From the IMG/VR virus record IMGVR_UViG_3300045988_100207: DNA of 64,000 nucleotides; one strand, written 5' to 3'. Of the stretch, positions 36,001 through 48,000 are shown piece by piece. Both the position numbers and the translations under genes were made by a program. Source of the stretch: a virus. The notes under the pieces were generated by a model, which searched no databases, had not been told where the DNA came from, and saw only the letters and a program-made list of their open reading frames with translations. Position 1 is the first letter of the stretch; every line of letters begins with the position of its first letter.

Positions 36001-39000
36001 GGCTTCATCACGTTGCGCTCAAACATCTGAGCCGCATCACTCATCGCGCCCTGCATGGTGTTCTGCAGTATATAAGGATTCTCCGAAGAGGCAATATCCT
36101 CAATCTTCTTGTCTGGCACAATCGCATTCATCAACTTCTTCAACGAAAGCATATTGTCCATATAGCTCTCTGTGAACATATAGCCGTGCTCGTCAAGTGA
36201 ACGGTGGTATCTGTCAAGTGCCGTGCCGGCAGATGGGGTAGTACGGAAGTGAATCTCACCATCTGTAGCCTCATTCCACTCAGCCTTGGTAAGATTATCC
36301 ATACTTCTAACCTTTCCGTCATTTCCGTAGAACATGCCATCATGCGCCACGACAGCAGGCATACGCTCATGGTCGAGACGGTATTTCACCGCCTCGGCTC
36401 TCATCTTCCAATAAGGATCATCCGGATTCTTCTGCAAGTTCTTGCTCAACCAGAGCAAGTACTTCACATCTTTAGTATTAGGAGCAACACGATAACCGAT
36501 TTCGTGAAGGAAATCAGATACCTTGTTTTTGATACCATTCCAGAAGCCCGGTTCACCCTTGCCATCCTCGGCGAGTCGGGCGATACCTTCCTCAATGGCA
36601 TCATAGATATTCAGAGGATTGAACTTTCTCTCCTCATCCACCAGCTTCTTCAAAGCCGCATTCTCAGGCTTATCCAAGTCGTACCATACTTCACGAAGGA
36701 ACTTGTCGAATCGTTCATCACCAAACAACTCGCTCATTCCCTTGTGTCCAACCACCTCATGCCAGATGGTCTTCTCGGCAGTATATCTATCGTGGATATT
36801 AGGCATGTAAAGATGCACCTCGCCAGTCTTCTCGTCATACCAGCCAGTAATCTTTCTACCTTCCTCAATAGCAGCCTTAGCCGCCTTGTTGGTGATTTCA
36901 TCAACCGATGAAACCATGTTCACCTTTGCACCAGTCTTCTGAACCACCTTTTCGATATGGCTCTCAACAGATGAAGTGGGGTAGTTGCCATCGCCGTGGT
37001 CCGTGCGGAACTTGATGCCGCCATCCTTGCCCCATACATTGAAGGCATCCTTTGTCATTTTCACGTTGACGAACTTAGCCTGAGGGAACTCCTGTTCCAG
37101 TTCAGCCATCTGCTTCAAGAACTTCTCCTTTGTTTCAGGGTTCTGTCTGCCTTGCTCTACGGTAGTGATAGGCACACCAAGTTTTACAAGCTCTCTCAAC
37201 TGGTTAGGGGTAACTACGTTCCAAGGGATAGCCAATCCTGTTCCTCTCAGTTGGTCGGCGATTTTCTCAGCAACCTCCTCGTCAGGCAATATTCTTACTG
37301 CCTTTCTCCATCTAGAGAGCATCACGCTTCTCTGTCTGTCCTTTGGCAGGAGGCTGTTTACTGTTCCAGAAGTCCAAGGCACCAAGCCCACAGAGTTCTT
37401 CGCGCCCTCGGCGTGATAGCCGCTAGTCTTCTCGCTCTCAGGAATCTCCCATTCCACAACCTTGATATTGCCTCTAGCGTAAGCGCCAGAGAACTGATCG
37501 TTCATCACCGAAGTGGAAGTGTGCATATAAGGGTTATAAGCCGCTGGTACTGGTCCTTCTCCTGCCCCAGGGTTCTTGTCGGTCTTTACAAGTTGGAACT
37601 TACCGTTCTTCACAAGGTCAGGTCGCTCGTCTGCGCCCATCCAAGCACCAATCTCTGTAGCATCAGTACGCTTTCCGTCAATGATAGCAGCCATAGGGGA
37701 GTAGAGCTTACCGTCCACCTCCTGCATTCCGCTATACATTCTGAAAGTCTTCTCCTTGTTGAGGCGGTCCAGTTCATCCTTGTCGGTAACTCTGTAGGCA
37801 TAGCCGTTTTCCTCAATGTCATTCATGGCAATATCATCAATCTTTTCATTGAAATCATCCATGATGTCATTGAGAGCCTTATCCATCTTGCTTTTATCCG
37901 AAATCTCAAAGAGTTTATGCCAAGCGTTCTTTACAGCTTGCCACAAGGAGTTATCGCCTCGGTTGCGCAATTCGTTAACTGCGTTCATGATTCGCTCACC
38001 TAAAGAAAGGCCAAGTATCTTTCTCTGCTTTCCACCTGCCATTTCAGCAGCAAATTCATACTCATCCTTACCACCATAGTTACGTCTCTTTCCTTCCTCC
38101 CAAACAATTCTACCATCAGCCTTAACCTTATTGTAAATATCAATAACAGTCTTTACAGCTTCAATCTGCTTAGGAGTAAGCATACCTTCTGCCTTTCCGT
38201 CCTTTACAAGGTGGATGGCACCCATAGTAGCCTGATGAATTAACTCATGCAGAATGGTATGAGCCGCCTCTTTAGGGTTTGTGTATGTTCTAGAAAGAGT
38301 ATCAATAAAGAGATTAATGTTTCTTTCTGGTGTAGCTTCACCAACATTGCCTCTCTCGTCACCCTCGTCCATGCCACCAAACTCAACTCCGAGTCGCTTG
38401 GCTATATCGCGCGCCTTCTCAAAGAGTCTTCTTGTGCCTTCTTCTTTTGCTTGATTTGTCGCCTCAAAGAGTCTAGATATATCTGCAAAAGAGGCTTTAG
38501 CTCCTCTTCGCAATCCATAGCCATCTGCGAGAGCTTTGGCTCGAACTTCTCGATAGTCCATTTCTCTCCTTGCGGCAGTTTTGGCAGCTTCAAGTTCAGC
38601 TCTTTTAAGTTGCACAAGATGCGTTCTACCTGCTTTCTCTCGGTTTCCAAAAGTTCGTCCCCAGAATCTAACTTCATCTTCTAGTCCATTTAAAGTGTAA
38701 GTAATTTCAGAAGCCTTGTATCTAGAAAATTCTGAGGTATAATAGTCAAGATGTCTGTTAAACTCGGCTTTATCCTCATTCGACAAGTCCTTAGTCAACT
38801 CGTCAACTCTATCATCAAACTTCTTTTCAATCTGCGAAGATACATTTTTATCTACATCTTCCGGAATGATTCTACTATTCTTAACATCTTTTGTATCTGT
38901 TTTAGAATACTGGAAGCCTCGGTCCTCACGGAAGTGGGTGCCTTCATCCTCAGAAGTATTGCGCTCCTCCTGTACCTTCACGCCCATTTTAGACAGACGG

Positions 39001-42000
39001 TCAAGTACTGGCTTCAACTGCTCTGGCTTGAACTCAGCAAGCATATTGTTGCCTCTGGTCTCGAAGTTATTGCCATTAACCAGTTTCAGTAAATCTTCAT
39101 CCATGAAGTACTTGCCGCCCTTCGCCTTGCTCTTCGGTACACGAAGTTCATAGTAGTAGCCACGATTGTTGTCTATGCGTTTCACCTTTACTTCACCATC
39201 CGATGAAGTAACCTCGTCAATACCACCGTGCCAAGATGAAAGTTCAAACTTCTCAGCTACGCTGTTGATAGGCGCATCCGTAGTCAAGCCCTTAGGGTCG
39301 AATCGGTCCGGCATCAAGATACCAGTCTTCACCTCGCCAGTATCAGTAGTATATTTTACCAGCTGACCGCCCAATCCCTGATCCTTGCTGTCAACCAAAG
39401 CCTGCATCAGGTTACCGGTCACGATATAGCCATTCTTGCGGCTCTCATTGCTAGTCAGTCTATCCCAGTTATCAAAGTTTTGGTTCAATACTCTGAGATG
39501 GCTGTCTCCCATACTGATTGCCTGCTTAGTCATGTTGTCGATGGCACTGATAACATCTATATTGCCTTCACCTGCGCCTACCTTACCCACGATAGGGAAT
39601 GTAATCTTTCTTCTGCCATCCAAGGTAGCGAAGGAAACAGAAGAGGCGTTAGGCGAGTAGTTATCAGTAATCTTGATGTCAATAAGTCTACCGTAACTGT
39701 TACCGAATCCGCTCAACTCATTAGGGTTATTCATATCCGTAGGCAGAGCGAAAGTTTGGTTTGTATCGAAGGTATCAAGCACACGCTCAAACATTTCAGC
39801 CTTGGCTTTCAGGTTCTTCATCACATCGTTCAGCTTATCTTTCTCCTGCTTGTAGATGTTGTCATACTGATAGCCAGCCATCTTCTCAATCTGCTCATCG
39901 CTCATGCCCGAATCCTTCTGACCCTTCTTAGCATCCTTGATATACTTCTCCTTAGCCTTGGTTGCAGCCTTCACGGCACGCTCCTCATACTTCTGAGTCT
40001 CGTCCGCAATCTTCTGGTCGAAGTATTCCTTCACGGCAGCCTTCTTCTCGGTCTTGTATTCATCCCAAGTCTTACCGCCAGTCAAACCATCCTGCGAAGC
40101 CTTCACCTCAGAAGCCTTCATAGGTTTCTTCAAGATGGCCATGTTCACCTTTTCTATATAGGTATTGTCTGCAAAGGCGTTATCGCCGCCCGGCTCTGCA
40201 CCCTGCTTCCAAACTTCCTTGTGGAGAGTCTTAGCCTTCAGAGGCAGCTCGGTAATCTCCAAGTCATTCTCGCCCATTTCGTTGAGTCGCTGAATCTCGT
40301 TGGCATAAAGCTCGCCAATCTCCTGCAACATCTTCTCCTGCTCAGAAACTCTCAGCAGAGCCATACGCCCAAGTAACTTGCTTGCATCGGCACCAGCTTC
40401 GCCATCGCCAACACCGCCACCGCTTGCAACAAGCGTCTGTGGGTCGATTCTAGACAAATCATCACCATGACTCTTTTCCCATCCGAATGGGTCTGCCATG
40501 CGAGCATAAAGGTCAAGATGCTCTGCCATATACTCACGAACTACCTTATCACCATATTTATTGGTAATATCGGCAACTTCCATTTCGTTGAACTTACTCT
40601 TCTGTGAAGATGTAGTATTAGCATCAAGAGATTTCAACTTAGCCTTAAACATCATCAGCAGTCGCTGCTCGGCAGGGATAAGGGAAACCACATACTCGTA
40701 TGCACCTCTAGCCACCTGACCGGTTCGGTCGATACGCCCACGCATCTGAACCTCATCGTTTACGTCGAGCTGCTGCTGCGCCACGATCATCACACGCTTT
40801 TTCTGGTCCTTATACTTGCTCGAAGCATGAAGGGAAATACCGGTTGCTGCACTCTTATTGAGAATAAGCGCATCAATCTTGCCATCGTTAAAGTCGCGCG
40901 CGAGTTTCTTCTTGTCTGTATCAGCACGCTTCACCTTGGTAACAGTTCCGTTGTCGTTATAAACAAACTCGGTCTGTCTACCGGTCAGCTCGCCAACCTT
41001 ATAGCCAGCCTTCTGCAGTTCGTTCTTGATAACATCAATAGGGGAGAGTGAAAGACCGGTACTTGTCTGCTCAATCTTCTTTTCCAGTTCGTGATAAGCC
41101 TCAACTGCCTCATCGCCCAAATCCGAAAGCTTGATGTAGCCGCTTTCACTATTATCCTTTGCGTCCTTCTGAGTATAGCGAAGTGTACCCTCCAGACCCT
41201 TCTTCAAAGATGTGCCCAAGTCTGGTGCGTCCATTTCCTCACCAAGCGCAAGGTTGCCAGTCTGCGATTCGTTGGTATTGTTCAACGCAATCACAGGCTT
41301 CATACCCTGCTTCAAATAGTCGATTGCACGTTCTGCAGCAGACTTCGCTTTCAGGGAGAGAAGAACCTGCTGAACGGTATTGAATGCCTTGCTGGCAAAT
41401 GGCTGATTCTTGATACCCAGGGCAGCCGTTCCCTTCTTGATTCCCATAGTAGACTGAATGGCAGCCAGCTCGTCATTACGCTCATCCACGTAACTTGAAA
41501 CATATTTCTTTTGGAAATTGATAATATCATTAAACAATCCGATGATACTATCATACTGCTCTCGCTGTTCCTGCACTCGCTCAGGATCATCAATCGCCTT
41601 CCAGTCGATGGTTACGCCTGTCATATCTCGCTCACGGCGAATCATCTGACCGCATTGCGTCAAGGTCTGGCTCATAATCTCCTGCAAGGTGGCACCACCA
41701 CGCTTCACCGCATCAATCAAGTCGGATGATTTCATACCGCCCTCGTTCATGGCAGTACGCAAAGCGTAGATAGGCATGTTGTCTGGTCTCTTGGCAAAGG
41801 TTGCAGAGAAGAAGGTAACGTTCTTTGCCTTCTGAATAATGTGTTGGAAATAGTTGCCCTGACCGCTATTACCACCAGCCGTGTGGCTTTCGTCAAGGAT
41901 AAGATAGGCGTTGTCCATCAGTTTTTCAATAGCATCACGTCTTCTTTGTCCGCTAAGGGCAGCAGCACCGAATGTCTTACCCTTCGCAAGTTTCTTCTCT

Positions 42001-45000
42001 TTTCGGGCACCATTCTCGTCAAACTCATACACACCGTTGCTTACTTGGCTGTAAGTAGTCAATACATAGTCGTATTCCTCTGGCAGTTTTCCGTTCTTTT
42101 CGATGTAGTCGAGCACACGCTTCACCTCGCTCTTCGATGGCAAAGCAAATACTACATTTCCGTCTGAGTCAGTAATGGCAGCTTCCTTGGCACTACCGAA
42201 TACAAATGGTCTTAGGTCTGGGCTGCCAATATCCACCAAGTCACGGTAAACATCACTCAGCAATCCTGCTGTCTTGGTGAAATATACAGGAACCTGACCC
42301 TGCTTCTTGGCGTATCTGATAAGCGAAGCAGCCTGTCTTCCCTTACCGATACCAGTCATATCTCCAATGATAAAGGCGTTGCCCTTCTTTGCCTGCTGCA
42401 AGGCAAGGGCTACAGAGTCAACCTGCTCTGCAGCAAGATGAGAATACAAATCATCCTTATCATTATAGCCCAGCTCGTCAACAAGGAACTGGTCGGCATC
42501 GCCCAACTTTTCAAGGTTCTTGTTTACCGCCTCCTGCTGGTCGGCAGGCATCACGGCTTTCAGAGTGAATGGATTTCCACTCTTAGGGGTATAGGTAACT
42601 TTCTCGGTGCTTAATCCACGTACGGATTTGTCCACCCGCTGTAGTTGTCCCCGTGGTCCGCTTCCGCTCCCGGTGCTGGCAGGTTCATCAGCATTTGGCT
42701 GAGCGTCATTCCGTCCAGCTCCTCCTGATCCATTTCCTCGCTGCTCGTTGGTTCCAGTGGTTGGTTCTTTGCTTGGAGAAGGCTCTGTCCCTGTTCCGTC
42801 TGTTCTACTATCTCCATCAGAAAGTCTTCCATCTTCTCTTGGCTCGGTTCCTCGTTGATTTTCCAAGTCATCATGGGTTCCTGATACGGAAGTGGAGTCA
42901 AATAGGTCAGACTCTCGCTTACCATCTGGTTCGCTTCCTCCTCGTTTTCCTGCTCGTACTCCCTCTTTAGGAGTACCAGTAGCGCCTTGTTTATCAAGTT
43001 CTGGTTGAGCACTTCTTGTTTCTTCTCCGATGGAAGAATCCATCCGTTCACCTCGTAGTATATCATCTTCAATTCGTTTATAAAGTTCGTCATAATCTTT
43101 CACGGTCTCGGCTCTAGCCTTATCCTTTACTGGTGGAAAGGCATTCTCGTTCAAGCGTCTTCCGTTTATTAATATAATACGTGTAGGGTAGCTGGTTCCC
43201 TGCTTTGCATACAGACCACCATCCACATTAATCACGTCCTCCACATTATAGTGGCTATAGAGATAACCAAGGAAAGCCTTATCCTTCGGATTCAGACTTC
43301 CGTTCTTGGCGTATTCAGTCTTGCCGCCGATGATAATGGCAGCACGACCATCGTCCTTCATGCTCTCCAAGGCATTGATAGCCATCTGTCCTTCCAAAGA
43401 AGAAATCTTGTAGCCGTCATACTCCTTAGTGGTAGCACTACCGAATGGTGGGTTTGTCACCACCACGTCAACGTCCTTGTCTGCAAAAGGCTGAGTTCCG
43501 TCCTGACTGGTCACGTTCTTGAAGCCCTGTCTTCTCAGGTTCGCCAATCGCTGTGCATCAATATCGTTAACATGTACCTTATCCATTGGCAAGCCGATGG
43601 TAAGCATACCGTTGCCGGCACTTGGTTCAAGGGCACTGTCAATCACCTTACCTTTGCCCTTCACATACATATCCGCAAGGAAAGCATAAGGGGCAGGAGT
43701 AGAGTACTGCTGCTTCATCACTCGCTCAGAATCTCTCTGGTTGAGGCTAGGCTGATTCTCATAGAGTGTCTTGATGCGTTCAAACTTCACGGCATCGTTG
43801 GTTGATTCAGAAGAAGCAATACCTCTTGCACGCTTAACAATGGCTGTTTCAGCAAGCTCCTGAAGGTCTGTATCCTTAATATCCTTCAAACCAACTCTCT
43901 CAGCTATCTTTCTCAGTTCAACGATACCGTTAAACTTATGTTTGAAGCCCAACTGTAGGTTCACGGTATCAATAAACTTCTTCTCAGCCAGCTTCCTCTC
44001 CTCGGCAGTCTTGGAGTCACCCACCAGATTCTCCTGATGCTTAGGTGAAGTCTTCTCGTAGTAGTCAGCCCATTCCTTCAAGCTCATGCGCTGCTCACCA
44101 TCACGATAGCGGATATTCATCATCTGCTCATAGATAGCATCCACGTCTTCCTTCTTAAAGAGCTTGGCAGCAGGGGCAAACTCCTTGCGCATTTCCTTCA
44201 CCACGTCTTCAAGATTGTGCATACCTCTCTTGATTCTCAGATAAGCATTCTCGGCCATGGCGCTCACCAGCTTAGGCAATACCTCCAGCTGTCTAGAGTT
44301 AAGACCAACAAACGAAGCAGATATTTCATCCTTGCCGGCATTCTTGAGCATATCCCAAAGGTCATTAACTTTCTTGTTTGAAGCCGCTACTGCTGCATCG
44401 TCAGCAGTTTGCTGAGGCTTCTTTTCGGTTTTTGCTTTCTTCTCCTTCTCGAATCCTTCTGCTGCATTCTTGATTCCTTCCATAGGGTCAGCAGATGGTT
44501 CCGCTTTAGGAGTCTCAACCTTTGGTTCAGTTTTCTGCCCTCTGGTCTTGGCAAAGATGCTTTCATAGATAGCACGGTGCAAATCATCCGTCACCTCACC
44601 ATTAAGATAATCAAGAGCAATATCCTTGGATAAATCATCCACGTCAGCCTTCATGATCTCCTCCTCAGTCAGAGGATGCTCCTTCTTGAATTCCTGGGCG
44701 GCCGCCGCAATCGGGTCAAAAGTAGGGTCTGGCTTCTCTTCTTTAGGAAGGAGTGGGAGACCGCCTTCTTTAGACGTTTCACCATTCAGCTTCTTCATGT
44801 ACTCAATTCCGTCATGAATGAATTTCTCGGTTTCTGCAATATCGTCAGGATGCAGACGCATCAAATTATCATCCAATCCCTTGATATTTCCGATAAGCCA
44901 AGTTGCCTGTTTCTTATTCAGCTTCACACCTTCAAGAAGTTTTCTTGTTGTAGGATCGTCAGAGGTCAGACGTTCAAGATAACTCAACTGCTTTTCAGTA

Positions 45001-48000
45001 GCAGGCTCAACTGGCTCATTCTTGATTCTGTCTAGCGCATTTCTTGCCATGCTGAGAATGCCAGCAATCGTATTACTACGAGAAGGTTCTGGTTTCCACT
45101 CATCATGAGGAATGCCCAGATAATCATCAAGTAAGTCTTCTGCCTTGTAGAGAAGCTGAAAAGCATCATCCTTCTTCTTGATTCCACCTTTCTCAATCTC
45201 TTCAAGCAAAGCCTTCTTACGGTCATAGATAGTACCTTTCGGCATTTCTTCCGAACTGGTTTCGGTCTTATCGTCAATTCGCTCCAACACACCATTCAGG
45301 TCACCAAACTTCTTGCCATCATACTCGTAGTATGAACCAGTGTATTCGCCCTTCTCGTTTGGCTCATCAACCTTGATAACCTCCTTGTCTCCATCAATCA
45401 GAATCTTCTGCTTCATGATAGGACCATTCTTTGATGGAGTCTCGGTTTCCTCGTCCGTCACTTCAATACGACTTTCGAGTTCCTTGTTTACCAAATCGTC
45501 AGGTTCCTCTACTCTTCGTCGCTCTGCTTCTGCTGGTTCATTTCCTCCTGATGCTTCTTGTTGAGGTTCTTCAACGCCTGAAACATCATGGCCTCCTTCA
45601 ATTTCTGAATGTCCTGTTCCATAATCTTGCCATTTTTTAAAGTTCAAATACTCATTAATTAACTCTTCCTTGGTAGGAGCTGCTTCAAACATATTGCCCT
45701 CGCCAGTATTTCTAGCCTTAGCGATGCGGTTGTATTCGTCAAGTAAATCTCTGAAATCAGAAACCTTGCCCTCCAAGGCTAAAGCCATCATCTGAGAGAT
45801 AGAAGGGTAGCGCTTAGCTGCATCCTCACCGAACATGGATGGTGTTCTCAGCAGCGTATCAACCTTATTGCCGCCCTGTCTTGCCTCATAGAGCAACTGG
45901 ATAGCCTGATCTATCTCATCACGAAGAGAGAACTCGCCCAACTTCATATTATCCATTACCGAGCGGATAGCGTTGATAGCCTTGTTCTTCACCGTAGAGT
46001 CGATGCCCAGCATTCTGATAGTCTCTGGCTTGAAGATTGAACCCAAAAGAAGGTTCTTCACATACTCCCTGCCTTGTGCAGAAAGTCGCTCAGGACTATC
46101 CATCATCTGCGCCACCTCGTTCTGTCCGATGATGCCTTTATCTACTAACGTCTTTACCAAGTCATTTATTGCCTTGGAATTGTTAAAGAAAGCATCAAGA
46201 GAGCCATTTCCCTCAATCTCGGCAACAATCGCACCTACCTCGTCAGAAGTCAAGGTCTTAGCCTTGGCAACCGCCTGTTCGGTATTACTCTGAGTCTTCT
46301 TCTCGTTTCGGTTAAACTTAGCGAAGGTAGCTGCATCGTATGGCAATCTCTCATCCGTCACCAACACCAGACGTGGATGCTCGATTCCGCTCTGCTCAAT
46401 CTGCTCTTTGGTAAAGCCGAAGTTCTCGGCATTCTCCAAGAGATCGTTGATGTATTCTGCGTCCGTGCCTTCCTTTGCAGCCTTCTGTCCTGCCATCGTT
46501 CTACCGTTACCATCATAAACGATGCCCTCGTCAGACACCACTGGCACCTGCTCGATAGCCATACCGTTATACTTTCGGGCTATCTGGTCCGTATTCTGCT
46601 GAGCTGCCTTGTCGTGCTCATAGTCACGATCGTTCACGGTTCTGCCCTCAGCATCGGTAGGGAATCCCTCAGATTTCTTATAGTCGTTATTCACATCATG
46701 AGAAGGAGTAAGACTTTCTGCCGGAACAATCTCATAGTGTCCCTTAATCTTTGTCTCTCCGTCAGGCAGCATTCTTGTGCGCTTGTTGCCTACAAGTCTA
46801 GGTGCATTCACAAACTTCTGTGCAGCCACGCTGCCAGCCTCATGAGCGCCCTCAGTCTGTTCAGTACTGCCAACAGTCTCGGCAACCTTCTTGGCAGTCA
46901 TAGTCTTCTTGATATTCTGAGCGTGCTCTAGCTGCTTCTTGGCAGCTTCAATAGTCTGATTCTTCAAAGCCTCCTGCTCCATGATGTCGTTAGGCTCGGC
47001 GGTATAGTCCACCTTCATCTTCTCGGCATCCTTCAAAGCATTCTCAGCTTTCTTAATCTGTCCGTCCACCACCTTCTCGGCATTCTCCCCGAAATCCTCA
47101 GTAAGAATCTCCGCACTCTGCTCAGGAGTCATGCTAGCATAGTCAGGCGTAGGTCTTCCCTTGCTGTCCGTAGCCATAGGAACATCTGTACCATCGGCAA
47201 ACTTACGGGTCTGCTGAGGCTGCTCTACTTGTTGAACTGAGGCATCGCCTTCGCTAGCATTTTCCTCTGCTTCTCCATCACTTCCACTATTGGCATTGTC
47301 GCCTTTTCGAATTTTTCCATCTGTTTCATTGTTACTAATCTCTTCATTTTTATTTTCTTTAGGTTGAACTTCCTGCTGCGCCTTGGCTGCATCCTGCATC
47401 GCCTGCTCCTGTGCCGCCTGATTGTAAGGCTCAGAGTTCTTCATCTGCAATCTCTGACGATATTCTGCAGCAAACTGGTCGATAGGCTGGTTTTGGAGCA
47501 GAGTAACCTCGTCTGCCTTCACGTAAACCATTTCCTTTGTATTAGGATCTAAGCAGACGAGCATATCGCCGCTGCCTTCCTTGGCTCTACCTGTAGTCTG
47601 GTCGAAGGCAACATCACCCGAACCAACAAGAAGTGTTCTTCCGTTGCTGTCTTGAACATACAGAGCCTGCTCGCCATTCATCGCCTGACCGTTCAAGGTT
47701 CCGTGATAGCTCCAATCTGAAATAAAGCTCTTCACGTTTTCCTCTATAGCGTCGGCAGTAGCCTGCTGCATACCCTGCACTCTGGCATTCGCATTAATAT
47801 ATTGGGCAAGTGGGGTCAACTCTTCTTGTATCAATCCATTCTGAATGAGTGCATCGTAAATCTGTGCCGGCGTTAAGCCCTGCTGGTGCAATTGCTCAAA
47901 GGTTTGCTTGAACACATCGTTGCTATCCATCGCTGCATCAAGGGCTTGCTCTGCGTTGCGAAGATTGCGCAACTCATCAACTACCACGCCGCTATCCGGG

